A stretch of DNA of 20,000 nucleotides from an uncultured virus (IMG/VR IMGVR_UViG_3300037467_001416) (lineage: Duplodnaviria > Heunggongvirae > Uroviricota > Caudoviricetes), in the IMG/VR virus record IMGVR_UViG_3300037467_001416; one strand, given 5' to 3'. The notes under the pieces are model-generated. The model saw only the letters and a program-made list of their open reading frames with translations, was not told the DNA's origin and ran no database searches. Below, in pieces: positions 1-8,566 of this stretch. Made by a program: the position numbers and the translations under genes. How positions within the stretch are numbered: the stretch's first letter is position 1; every line of letters begins with the position of its first letter.

Positions 1-104
1 TGCTCTATGGTCTCTACAAGACCCATTTTCGAGCAGCTCAGGTCGTCACCGTGGCTCAGGATAATCGGGTTCCGGCCGAGGTAGCGCAGATCCACTACAA
101 GTAA
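1..104 (+). CDS. 3' end of a gene truncated by the window edge (possibly holin/membrane protein of lysis region)
   Basis: Open frame from position 3 (LYGLYKTHFRAAQVVTVAQDNRVPAEVAQIHYK) to TAA 102-104, which overlaps the AGGAG SD of the next gene. Function guessed from context only. Confidence 0.5.
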   Translation, partial: LYGLYKTHFRAAQVVTVAQDNRVPAEVAQIHYK

Positions 105-114
105 GGAGCTCACG

Positions 115-477
115 ATGCGAATTACACTCTTACTCGCAGTTGCATCTCTCGGACTGGCGGGATGCAATACGGTCATGCCGGTCACACCCGAGTCGCCGGC
201 TCCTCTCCAGAAGACCGTCATTGACGATCGAGCAGTCCGGTACGCCTTTCTCACGCTCGACACACTCGCGACTCTCGCCGATCAGGCTATCGACGCGAAA
301 CTCATCGTGCCGGGTAGTCCGAAGGCGAAGGAAGTCGCCCGAGGCCTCACGCTTGCGAAGCAGTGGGTCAATGCTGCCTCCGCCGCGCAGAAGGCCGGCT
401 CGGTCACCTCGTACAACGAGGCATTCCAACACGCAACTGAGGCGATTGCTCTCGTTAAGCAATCACTCGGCAAGTAG
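115..477 (+). CDS. Phage lipoprotein (possible lysis accessory/spanin-like or exclusion protein)
   Basis: Signal peptide MRITLLLAVASLG followed by lipobox LAG-C; AGGAG SD upstream. Confidence 0.75.
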   Translation: MRITLLLAVASLGLAGCNTVMPVTPESPAPLQKTVIDDRAVRYAFLTLDTLATLADQAIDAKLIVPGSPKAKEVARGLTLAKQWVNAASAAQKAGSVTSYNEAFQHATEAIALVKQSLGK

Positions 478-486
478 GAGGATCTC

Positions 487-729
487 ATGGAAGAGACCAT
501 TCGTAAAATTCTTGCTGCTGCCGAGAATCTCGCCCCCACGATCGAGAAGTTCACCGGCACTCCTTTGATCACGCCGGCGATCCGTGCTGGTCAGGCTCTT
601 CTGGAGCTGATTGACGGCCTGAAGGAAACTTCCGGTCAGAGTCAGGAAGAACTCCAGAGCACACGTGATGCGTTGGAGGCAAAGATCAACGCTCACGTGG
701 ACGAGGTCATCGGAAGGCTCAACGGTTAA
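487..729 (+). CDS. Hypothetical helical protein (80 aa)
   Basis: AGGAGG SD directly after the lipoprotein stop; amphipathic helical sequence. Confidence 0.7.
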   Translation: MEETIRKILAAAENLAPTIEKFTGTPLITPAIRAGQALLELIDGLKETSGQSQEELQSTRDALEAKINAHVDEVIGRLNG

Positions 730-766
730 CCTGTGATCTCTGCGATGCGGGAGGCATCACTCTGAA

Positions 767-1132
767 ATGACGATTGATGTAGCCCGCATCGCGTTCGCGC
801 AACAACCTGTTCGCACAACTCCGGCGATCGAGGATTTGTCTGTTCAGACAAAGCATCCTCTCGCGCAGGAGATGGAATATTCCAGTTTAACTCAGAACGT
901 AACCGATGCTACAGCGCTCGGCAACCAGATTCTGAGCCTACGAAAGTTAGATCGCTGGACGTGGGCTTGCTTCGTCGCAAAGAGGAATTACGCACCGTTC
1001 GAGGTCGGAACGACTATCACGGTCAAATATCCGCGCTACGGCTTCAACAACGGAAAGAACTTCATCATCAAGAGAGTTCGCACAGACTCCAACGCTCTGT
1101 TTGACGAGCTCACTTTATTCGGGCCTCAGTAG
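767..1132 (+). CDS. Putative tail-tip/minor tail protein
   Basis: C-terminal pattern GTTITVKYPRYGFNNGKNFII...ELTLFG resembles the C-termini of alphaproteobacterial phage tail/baseplate proteins; GGAGG at 750-754. Confidence 0.55.
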   Translation: MTIDVARIAFAQQPVRTTPAIEDLSVQTKHPLAQEMEYSSLTQNVTDATALGNQILSLRKLDRWTWACFVAKRNYAPFEVGTTITVKYPRYGFNNGKNFIIKRVRTDSNALFDELTLFGPQ

Positions 1133-1954
1133 ATGAGCATCTTTTTCGCAGCTCCGATCGACCAGCATCCGGATTATGCCAAGGTCACGACCGTTCCCAC
1201 GGCGACGAATGCTGACCCGAACTTCCCGATCGCGAATATCCTGACGTTCGATCCTACTCAGGTTTTCGCTGCGACGACGACTTCCACCGTCATCACGTGG
1301 AATTTCGGCGCGAGCGTGACCTTTGACATGGTCTCTCTCGTCTACACGAACCTTACAGACGCGGCAACGCTTCTCATCGAGGGTAGTACGAACGGAACTG
1401 CATGGGCCACGCTCTACAACAGCACCGCTCTGGCTCACGTAGTCGCAGGTCAGACTACGCAGAATAAGATCAATATGCTTCGGCATAACTCTTCGTTGCT
1501 GAATCTGGCGACGCCGGTTTCCTATCAGTATCTGCGCCTCACCGTTAACTCACAGGTAGCTGGACTCTTTCCGAGTATCGGTCGTCTGTTTGTCGGAACG
1601 AAGTTCGTGCCGAGTACCGGCTGGCAGTACGGTTCTCAGTTTACGTTCGCAGACAACTCTGTCCGGCAGCGTACTGATCGTGGAACTCTCATCGTAGACC
1701 CACAGCCTCCCATCGTGGCGGCGAACGTCAAGCTGGACTTTCTCAGTAAGAATGAAATGTACGACTACGTCTACGACTTCAACTACTGGCGTGGAGCAGC
1801 CCGAGAATTCTTCGCCTGCCTGGACGTAGAAGATACGAAAAGACTTCAAAAGAATATTCTATACTGCACCATCAGCGACGGTAGGTTAATCTCCTTTGAT
1901 TCCTACAATACGCACAGTGTCGCGTGGATGCTAGAAAGCATCGGGATAGGGTGA
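1133..1954 (+). CDS. Putative distal-tail (Dit-like) virion protein with beta-sandwich domain
   Basis: Thr/Asn-rich beta-strand sequence; motifs FPIANIL, YQYLRLTV, SIGRLFVG, WQYGSQF, RTDRG; starts immediately after the previous stop. Confidence 0.55.
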   Translation: MSIFFAAPIDQHPDYAKVTTVPTATNADPNFPIANILTFDPTQVFAATTTSTVITWNFGASVTFDMVSLVYTNLTDAATLLIEGSTNGTAWATLYNSTALAHVVAGQTTQNKINMLRHNSSLLNLATPVSYQYLRLTVNSQVAGLFPSIGRLFVGTKFVPSTGWQYGSQFTFADNSVRQRTDRGTLIVDPQPPIVAANVKLDFLSKNEMYDYVYDFNYWRGAAREFFACLDVEDTKRLQKNILYCTISDGRLISFDSYNTHSVAWMLESIGIG

Positions 1955-3687
1955 CGATACAAGTTGTCTTTGAGTCAGACGAGAAGAAAGCGTGGCTAGA
2001 CGGTCGGGTTCCACCGCACGTCTTTAACGCTCTCTCAGAGCTTCCAGGCCGCAAGCGGTACGTACAGGGTAAGCCTTTCATTGAGCTTTCGAGGAGCAAT
2101 CTAGAGTTCCTCGACACGCGTCTAGAGGGCGTCACTTGGCGCGGCCCCGCTGCTACACTGGTGGAACAATTTCGGCGTATGCGCGAGCAGGAGCGTGAGA
2201 CTCGTAACGCAAAGTGGATTGAGCCTGTTGGCTTCGAGTTCCCGTATAAGCACAAGCCCTATCAGCATCAACTCAAGGCTAACATTCTCGCCAGAGGGAA
2301 GATCGCCTTCGGGTACTTCATGGAGCAGGGCACCGGAAAGACCAAGACCCTGTTGGACGACGCCGCCGACATTTTTCTCAACGGTGGTGAGAACGGCAAG
2401 ATCGACACGTTATTGATCGTCGCCCCCAACGGCGTCCATGCTCAGTGGATAAACGAACAAGTTCCGGAACATTTAAGCCCCTCTGTGCCTTGGGCGGGCG
2501 GGTACACCGTTGCAGCCCCAACCCATGAAGAGGCTCTCCGACTGTCCAAAGCGCGGTATTTTAAGGATGGTCTCAGGATCATTGCAATCCACATCGACAT
2601 GATGAGTCACAAGAGCGGTGAGGAGCTCCTGCAAGAGCTTCTTCTCTCTTCTAGAGCCATGCTGGTCGTGGACGAGAGTAGCCGCATAAAAGACTCCAGC
2701 TCAAAGAGAACTAAGACTCTTCTGAAGCTAGGTAAGCTAGCCAAGTATCGACGCATTCTCACAGGAACTCCAATCTCCCAGGGCGTGGAGGATCTTTATT
2801 CACAGTTCTACTTCCTGGACCCTCATATCCTGGGCTACAGCAGTTTCTACGCCTTCCGGAATCACTTCTGTCGCATGGGCGGTTTTCAGAACAAGAAGAT
2901 CGTCGGTTACGTAAATGAGGAAGAACTTAAACGCAAGATCGACTCGTACACGTACCGAGTTCTCAAGGAGGATTGCCTGGATCTTCCTGCCAAGAACTTC
3001 ATTCGTGTAGAAGTTCCGTTCACTGAAGAGCAGAGTCGCGTATATGCTCAGATGAAGAAGGACTTCTTCCTCGACCTTGACGCCGGTATTCTCACCGCGC
3101 GTCTCGCCATCACTCGTCTCATTCGTCTTCAGCAACTCATAGGTGGGTTCATCCACAAGAGAGCGAAGAAGGACGAGAACGGAAAGATAGTTGATCCTGA
3201 ACTGTATCAGGAGTTCCCGAATCGTCGAGTGGAGCGCACCGTAGAGATTATCAAGGAAGCTCGCGGGAAGGTTATCGTCTGGATTAAGTTCGAGGGTGAC
3301 TATCGTCTTCTGAGCAAGGCACTAACCGAGGCTGGCATCTCCTGGATAGACTACGTTGGTCGGACCAAAGACAAGTTGACGAATCTTAAGAAGTTTCAGA
3401 CAGACGACAATATCAAGGTCTTTCTCTCCACTCCTAAGTCCGGGGGTATTGGTCTCAACCTGACTGTCGCCAGCGAGGTCATTTGGTACAGCCGAGACTT
3501 CTCCCTTGAGAACGAACTGCAAGCCAACGACAGATGCCATCGCATCGGACAACACTTTCCCGTGAACTATCACTATCTTATCACCCCGCGCTCGGTGGAC
3601 GAGAGAATCGACAAGGTACTCAAGTCCAAGGGCGCGATCGCCGAGAATCTAATTGACATAAGGGATCTCTTTGCCGATGACGAGTAA
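1951..3687 (+). CDS. SNF2-family (SF2) DNA helicase
   Basis: PYQHQ Q-motif, Walker A MEQGTGKT, Walker B VVDESS, motif III LTGTP, motif V SGGIGLNL, motif VI QANDRCHRIGQ. Start placed at GTG 1951 (GTGA overlap with upstream stop); the ORF extends to 1924. Confidence 0.92.
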   Translation: MTIQVVFESDEKKAWLDGRVPPHVFNALSELPGRKRYVQGKPFIELSRSNLEFLDTRLEGVTWRGPAATLVEQFRRMREQERETRNAKWIEPVGFEFPYKHKPYQHQLKANILARGKIAFGYFMEQGTGKTKTLLDDAADIFLNGGENGKIDTLLIVAPNGVHAQWINEQVPEHLSPSVPWAGGYTVAAPTHEEALRLSKARYFKDGLRIIAIHIDMMSHKSGEELLQELLLSSRAMLVVDESSRIKDSSSKRTKTLLKLGKLAKYRRILTGTPISQGVEDLYSQFYFLDPHILGYSSFYAFRNHFCRMGGFQNKKIVGYVNEEELKRKIDSYTYRVLKEDCLDLPAKNFIRVEVPFTEEQSRVYAQMKKDFFLDLDAGILTARLAITRLIRLQQLIGGFIHKRAKKDENGKIVDPELYQEFPNRRVERTVEIIKEARGKVIVWIKFEGDYRLLSKALTEAGISWIDYVGRTKDKLTNLKKFQTDDNIKVFLSTPKSGGIGLNLTVASEVIWYSRDFSLENELQANDRCHRIGQHFPVNYHYLITPRSVDERIDKVLKSKGAIAENLIDIRDLFADDE

Positions 3688-4036
3688 GGTCTTTGTCCTA
3701 CAGGCCGTCCGGTTTCAGCCCGACGTCAGCCCCGCCGCCGTATATGGCGAGATCCGCTTTGTGCTCTCTGCTGGAGATCGGACCTCGGCTAATCCTGAGC
3801 TCTCCATAGAGCGTCTCAGGAGAGCACTCTCGGAGTTTGATCCCCGAACGGACTTCATCGTCTGGGCGGGTGGAGATCCTCTCAGCGCCATTGTGACCGG
3901 CATGGTGATGCTTGACCTAGGTATCACGAAGTTCCGCTACTTGCGCTTTGAGAAAAACCGCAATACAAAGCATGGAGAACCCGTAACGGGTTTCTATTCT
4001 CCCGTAGAAGTCAGGCTGGAAGAGGAACAAGACTAA
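3677..4036 (+). CDS. Conserved phage hypothetical protein
   Basis: Coupled to both neighbours; pattern SPAAVYGEI...FDPRTDFIVWAGGDP resembles small proteins found next to SNF2 genes in related phages. Confidence 0.7.
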   Translation: MTSKVFVLQAVRFQPDVSPAAVYGEIRFVLSAGDRTSANPELSIERLRRALSEFDPRTDFIVWAGGDPLSAIVTGMVMLDLGITKFRYLRFEKNRNTKHGEPVTGFYSPVEVRLEEEQD

Positions 4037-4602
4037 TGGTCGAAGAGACGCAGACGGAGCAGAGTGACGTAGACTTCTTCGAGGAGGCCGACACCAGTAC
4101 CGGCTCTGAGCGCTTTAAGGCTCATATTACCAATCTCGCGAGAGAGTATCGTCTTCTCGAGGGAGACATCGCCGAGCTACAGAATAAAATCAAAGATCTC
4201 ACTCGCCGGAAGGTCGAGATAGAGACACAGAAGTTGCCCGAGTTGCTGAAGCAGGCAGGCGTCCGCGAGATCACTACGCTGGAGGGTCTCAAGGTCTCAA
4301 CCAAATACGTCGTCGGATCAATTCCGCCACAGTCCAAGGAGCAAGCCTACGAGTGGCTCGACTCGCACGGACATAGCGATATTATCAAGCGTAATCTAGC
4401 CCTTCAGTTCAGCAAGGGTGACACGAAGCAGGCCGAGTTAGCACGTGAAACGCTCGCCAAGATGGGCTTCGACCCTACCATCAAGCTGGACGTGCACCCT
4501 CAAACCTTTATGGCATTCGCGCGCGAGCAGATTCAGAATGGCGTCATGCTCCCACTTGAGAAGTGGGGAGTCTGGTTTGGCGATAAGGCAGTCATTAAGT
4601 AA
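4036..4602 (+). CDS. Conserved phage replication-module protein (coiled-coil N-terminus)
   Basis: TAATG overlap; motifs LPELL, AYEWLDSHGHSDIIK, VHPQTFMAFAREQ; position upstream of the SSB-like gene. Confidence 0.75.
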   Translation: MVEETQTEQSDVDFFEEADTSTGSERFKAHITNLAREYRLLEGDIAELQNKIKDLTRRKVEIETQKLPELLKQAGVREITTLEGLKVSTKYVVGSIPPQSKEQAYEWLDSHGHSDIIKRNLALQFSKGDTKQAELARETLAKMGFDPTIKLDVHPQTFMAFAREQIQNGVMLPLEKWGVWFGDKAVIK

Positions 4603-4634
4603 GTCTGCCGAGTTATTCTAGAGTAAAATATCCC

Positions 4635-4662
4635 TTGCGTTGTGAGTTAACGCGCTTATAGT
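4635..4662 (+). promoter_or_regulatory. Sigma70-like promoter
   Basis: TTGCGT-16 nt-TATAGT in the intergenic gap, upstream of the GAGGAG SD of the gene at 4703. Confidence 0.55.
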
Positions 4663-4702
4663 GAAGCGTCTGGTGGCAAGCCAGTGAACAGAGGAGAGCC
4701 TA

Positions 4703-5566
4703 ATGGCCGAAGCAAAGAAGAAAGCTGAAGAAGAAAAGAGTGAGGCACCTGCGGCTGGCGGTACCAATCTCACAACGACCAAGAACGAGTCAACCGATTT
4801 GGTTGCGGCGGACGACGACTTCTTCGCAGAAGCCGGTGCGGGTCTGGACGATTTCCAGCAGTCCGACTTTCTCATCCCGTATGTCCGCATCCTGCAAGCG
4901 CTCTCGAAGGAGCTTCAGCGTGGTCACGCTAAGTTTCTTCCTAACGCCGGTCAGGGCATGTTCGTCAACTCTGCGACGCGGAAGCTCATCAACGGCGAGA
5001 CGGGTTTTCTCGCCGTTCCGGTCGGCTTTAGTCACCGATACATGGCGTGGCGACCGAATAACGCCGGTCCTGCCTACGACATGGGTGACGATCCCTCGAA
5101 GTTCAACGCGGCGACGCCGGACGACAAGGGTAAGCGCTACGACGAGCAGGGCAATGAGCTCACCGATGCTCTTCAGTACTTCGTCGTCCTGGTGAATCCG
5201 GAGACGCAGGAATGGGAGGCAGCGGTTCTGAACTTCTCTGGGGTTCAGGCTCGCAAGGGTCGCGGGTGGGCAACCACGATCAACAATCGCATGGAGCGAT
5301 TTCCGGTAGGCCACGCCAAGGCCGGGACTCTCTTCCGTCCTGCGATGTGGTTCTACTCGTACAAGATTACCACGATTCCAGAGTCCAACGACAAGGGTTC
5401 GTGGTACGGGTTCCTCATCGAGGAGGGGCCGAAGGTGAAGGATCTCGCAAACGGGCGCGAGATTTTCACTGCCGCCAGCGAGCTGCGTAAGCGGATCGAT
5501 GCCGGCGAAGTCAAGGGTGACATGGAGCATCCCGACGACGAGCCCGGAGACGAGCAGGCGTTCTAG
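4703..5566 (+). CDS. Putative single-stranded DNA-binding protein
   Basis: DFLIPYVRILQALS and SNDKGSWYG motifs; acidic C-terminal tail ending in Phe (PDDEPGDEQAF), as in SSB and T7 gp2.5. Confidence 0.7.
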   Translation: MAEAKKKAEEEKSEAPAAGGTNLTTTKNESTDLVAADDDFFAEAGAGLDDFQQSDFLIPYVRILQALSKELQRGHAKFLPNAGQGMFVNSATRKLINGETGFLAVPVGFSHRYMAWRPNNAGPAYDMGDDPSKFNAATPDDKGKRYDEQGNELTDALQYFVVLVNPETQEWEAAVLNFSGVQARKGRGWATTINNRMERFPVGHAKAGTLFRPAMWFYSYKITTIPESNDKGSWYGFLIEEGPKVKDLANGREIFTAASELRKRIDAGEVKGDMEHPDDEPGDEQAF

Positions 5567-5594
5567 TCCCTGCTAGAAGGAGCATCAAGAAGTC

Positions 5595-6242
5595 ATGTCT
5601 ACGAAATTGGATACCGAAAAGAAGCTGTGGGTCGGTCCCACGGCTGTCCGTGCAGGCACTGTCGTCGACGCGATGCGTCAGGCAGCGAACGAACTCGGCG
5701 GCGCTCCCGGCGGCGACGGCGTCAGCTACGCCGATCTGGAGAAGCATCTCCTCGAGAACTTCTCGCCGAAGAAGTCGCAGGGCTACGGACCCTCGTACAT
5801 CCGTGCCTATGTTCGCGACGCAGTTCAGCGCTACGGTCATCTGGTCAACGAGGCGGACAAGGCTGAGGAGTACAGCTCGATCGCGGCTCCGGAGCCGAAG
5901 GCCAAGGCCAGCAAGCCCAAGAAGCTGACCAAGGCTCAGCAGGCGGAGCTCGACGCGCTGAACTTCATCCGTGAGCGCGGGGAAGTCTCGGACGCCGGCG
6001 ACATCGACAACACGCAGATCACCGTCCAGGACTTCGTCACGGAGACCGGGAAGAAGACCAAGACGGTCGAGAAGCAGATCGACAAGCTCGAGAAGGACGG
6101 TCTCGTCCGCACCGAGTCGCGCGAGGACAGCATCTACGTCTTCCTGACGCAGGCTGGCTTCAGTCGTCTGCAGGAAGCGGAGTCGCAGGACACCGGTGAG
6201 CCGACCGCGGCGACCGGGAGCGACGGTGGCATGGTCGAGTAA
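5595..6242 (+). CDS. Putative DNA-binding protein with C-terminal winged helix-turn-helix
   Basis: ITVQDFVTETGKKTKTVEKQIDKLEKDGLVRT...IYVFLTQAG is MarR-like wHTH; Lys/Ala/Pro linker; AAGGAG SD; strongly C/G-ending codons. Confidence 0.7.
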   Translation: MSTKLDTEKKLWVGPTAVRAGTVVDAMRQAANELGGAPGGDGVSYADLEKHLLENFSPKKSQGYGPSYIRAYVRDAVQRYGHLVNEADKAEEYSSIAAPEPKAKASKPKKLTKAQQAELDALNFIRERGEVSDAGDIDNTQITVQDFVTETGKKTKTVEKQIDKLEKDGLVRTESREDSIYVFLTQAGFSRLQEAESQDTGEPTAATGSDGGMVE

Positions 6243-6266
6243 TACTCGACGCCTCTGTCCTTACAG

Positions 6267-6301
6267 AAGGGCGGGCGTCGTGAGGCGTCCGCCCTTTTCT
6301 T
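6267..6301 (+). terminator. Rho-independent terminator
   Basis: 13-bp stem AAGGGCGGGCGTC / GGCGTCCGCCCTT (with G-U pairs), GTGA tetraloop, followed by a T-rich tract. Confidence 0.8.
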
Positions 6302-6322
6302 CGTCCTCAGCGGAGAGCCGCC

Positions 6323-7216
6323 ATGAACCAAGAGATCTACGAGACTTTCGTTCACTACCTGAACGAGCGCGAAGCTATCCGGCAGAAGAGAGTTGCAGGT
6401 GAGCCAGGTCCCTGGACCACAGATCCAATTCTCTCGCGCTACAAGTTCACAAATATTCTCCGCAAGCACGATCGCACTACGCAGTGGCTGATCCGGAATT
6501 GGTATAATCCTAATCGTGGAAATGTTCCGAAACAAGTCATGGCACTCAACTGTGCCATCGCGCGTTACTTCGGCAGCATTGAGTTTCTAGAAGACGTTGG
6601 TTTTCAATACGAGTGGAACCCAGATTTTCTCATACGTCGCGCCGGCGAGCGTCTCGCTGCCGGGAAGAAAGTCTTCACCGGAGCGTACATCATAACGAAC
6701 GCGGGCAGCACAGATCCTAAGCAGATCGTCGTCGTGTCGCAGTTTCTCACTCCGTTTCGGATGCGTCTGGACTCTGTCATCGGCATGGCTGAGCGCACGA
6801 ATCGGTGGCAGGAGGTCTGTGAGCTCTTGCAGGGAATGCCCGGAATTGGTCCCTTCATGGCGAAGGAGATCGCACTGGACATGATGCTGACGCCTGTGCT
6901 CGAGAATGCTACCGACAAGCTGACGTGGTCACCGGCTGGCCCCGGAGCTATCCGCGGTCTCAATCGTCTTCACGATCGTCCGACGCAGGCCGGGATGCCT
7001 CAGCAGAGGGCTCAGCACAAGATGCAGGCTCTTCTCGGTCGTCTCAGCATGGATCGTGCGTTCAAGGACTACATGCCTGAGATTGGTGTTCACTACGGAG
7101 TCACCGATGTTCAGTTCTCTCTGTGCGAACTGGACAAGTATCTCCGTGTGAAGAATGGCGAGGGTCGTCCACGCTCCGGCTACGACTGGCGTAAGGCAAA
7201 GCCTATAGTCCCCTGA
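6323..7216 (+). CDS. 5-hydroxymethyluracil DNA kinase-like protein (aGPT-Pplase1 / HMUDK helical family)
   Basis: Signature NEREAIRQKR..G.PGPWTTDPILSRYKFTNILRKHDRTT; FTGAYII; HhH motif LQGMPGIGPFMAKEI; GPGAIRGLNRL; QFSLCELDKYLR. Confidence 0.82.
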   Translation: MNQEIYETFVHYLNEREAIRQKRVAGEPGPWTTDPILSRYKFTNILRKHDRTTQWLIRNWYNPNRGNVPKQVMALNCAIARYFGSIEFLEDVGFQYEWNPDFLIRRAGERLAAGKKVFTGAYIITNAGSTDPKQIVVVSQFLTPFRMRLDSVIGMAERTNRWQEVCELLQGMPGIGPFMAKEIALDMMLTPVLENATDKLTWSPAGPGAIRGLNRLHDRPTQAGMPQQRAQHKMQALLGRLSMDRAFKDYMPEIGVHYGVTDVQFSLCELDKYLRVKNGEGRPRSGYDWRKAKPIVP

Positions 7217-7258
7217 GAAACGGCTTGCTATAAGATAGCTACTCAGCAGGAGGCAGGT

Positions 7259-7549
7259 GTGAAGCTCAGATTAGGCCCCGGACAACGCGACATACATCTC
7301 GAGGGACGGGACGGGGAGCTTCTCGTCGGTAGAGACGAGAGTGGTAAATTCGTCAACAAACTTCATCTCACGGATGCCGAGTTCTCCATGGGAGCCTCGA
7401 GATTTCCCATTCTGCGCCTTGACGTGGAGATGATCGGCTACGAGATCGAGATAGACGCCATGGAGGAAGACGTTGTCGTAGTCCTTCACCGTCATGGCAT
7501 TACTCGCATAGAAGGAATTAAGAATGCAGATCTTCATCCCGACGCGTGA
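7259..7549 (+). CDS. Hypothetical protein (96 aa)
   Basis: AGGAGG SD before GTG; fills the gap in the modification cluster and overlaps the next start. Confidence 0.6.
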   Translation: MKLRLGPGQRDIHLEGRDGELLVGRDESGKFVNKLHLTDAEFSMGASRFPILRLDVEMIGYEIEIDAMEEDVVVVLHRHGITRIEGIKNADLHPDA

Positions 7550-8336
7550 TCGTGTCAACGCTCAATTTACATGGGACAACCTGACGCCGGCTCTGCGGCA
7601 ATGCACAACGCTGGTATGCCCCGCGGAGGAGGTCACCGAGCATCTCGAGCGCTCTCGAAACGCAGTGGCGCGGCCCCCGGTAGGGCTGGCTGCGGTGCGG
7701 CAATGGATTGTCGACGAGCTTGCTAGACAGGGTGAGCCGGTCATCATGCTAGACGACGATCTAGCGTTTTTCGTTCGCAAGGATCCATCCGCGCACAATC
7801 TACGTCCCGCCGGTGCCGACGTGGAGCGTATCTTTTCGAGACTTCATATTCTCGTGGCTCACAACGATTACGTCCATTCAGGATTATCGCCTAGGCAGGG
7901 AAATAATTGGGCGTATCCTGCTACGACGCTCACTGTGGAGCGCATGAACGCGGTCCACTGCGTCTTACCTGAGGCGCTGCGGCACTACGGCATTCGCTAC
8001 GACGACGTTGACATGATGGAGGACTACCATGTCGTTCTTTCGCTTTTTGAGAAAGGTGAGAAAAACGCCGTCATTACGGATGCCGCCTGGGATCAGTGCA
8101 AGGGATCAGGAGCTCCTGGAGGCTTCAGCCACTACCGAACTAGCGAGACTCAAGCGGCGGCGGCTGAGCGTCTTGCGGAGCTCCACCCGAAAGTCGTCAA
8201 AGTCGTAGAAAAGACACCCAAGACGGGCAGCGGCGGCTTTTCGGGAACACGCAAGGACGTGCGCGTCCAGTGGAAGAAAGCGTACCAAACCCGCGGTCGT
8301 GAGTTCATCAATCCTAGCTTCCGGAGGGGTGCGTGA
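7524..8336 (+). CDS. GT-A fold glycosyltransferase, TAGT / GREB1-like / J-glucosyltransferase family
   Basis: N-terminal IFIPTRDR, DxD motif IMLDDDL, catalytic-type MEDYHVVL, GAPGG, LAELHPKVV, DVRVQWKKAY. Confidence 0.8.
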   Translation: MQIFIPTRDRVNAQFTWDNLTPALRQCTTLVCPAEEVTEHLERSRNAVARPPVGLAAVRQWIVDELARQGEPVIMLDDDLAFFVRKDPSAHNLRPAGADVERIFSRLHILVAHNDYVHSGLSPRQGNNWAYPATTLTVERMNAVHCVLPEALRHYGIRYDDVDMMEDYHVVLSLFEKGEKNAVITDAAWDQCKGSGAPGGFSHYRTSETQAAAAERLAELHPKVVKVVEKTPKTGSGGFSGTRKDVRVQWKKAYQTRGREFINPSFRRGA

Positions 8337-8566
8337 GAGATAAGCAAGGTCGCAGGTACGCCCGTCTGGCTGAGATCAAGGCAGGCTCCTACATCCGCGT
8401 CGACGGAGACTTTGACTGCATGAAGAAAAACTCTCTGCGGAAGGTCTTTAGAGACCGCGAGGGGTATTACGTCGTGTGTTCTCGCGGTCGCCATCATCTG
8501 GACGGGCAGTCAGACGGACACGGTAATCTCATCGGCATGTATCAGGAAGAGACTGAGAATGTATAG
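8333..8566 (+). CDS. Hypothetical protein (77 aa)
   Basis: GTGA overlap upstream, GGAGG SD, overlap with the next gene. Confidence 0.65.
   Translation: MRDKQGRRYARLAEIKAGSYIRVDGDFDCMKKNSLRKVFRDREGYYVVCSRGRHHLDGQSDGHGNLIGMYQEETENV

Noticed and set aside
115..729. Canonical Rz/Rz1 spanin pair
   Set aside because: No i-spanin with an N-terminal transmembrane helix is visible in the window, and the lipoprotein is helical rather than short and Pro-rich.
733..760. Hairpin GTGAT...ATCAC as a terminator
   Set aside because: The stem is imperfect and has no U-tract. It covers the SD of the next gene but is too weak to call.
4790..5530. 246-aa minus-strand ORF and other antisense or alternative-frame ORFs in the track
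   Set aside because: They shadow well-supported + strand genes, lack recognisable motifs, and are expected given the codon bias.
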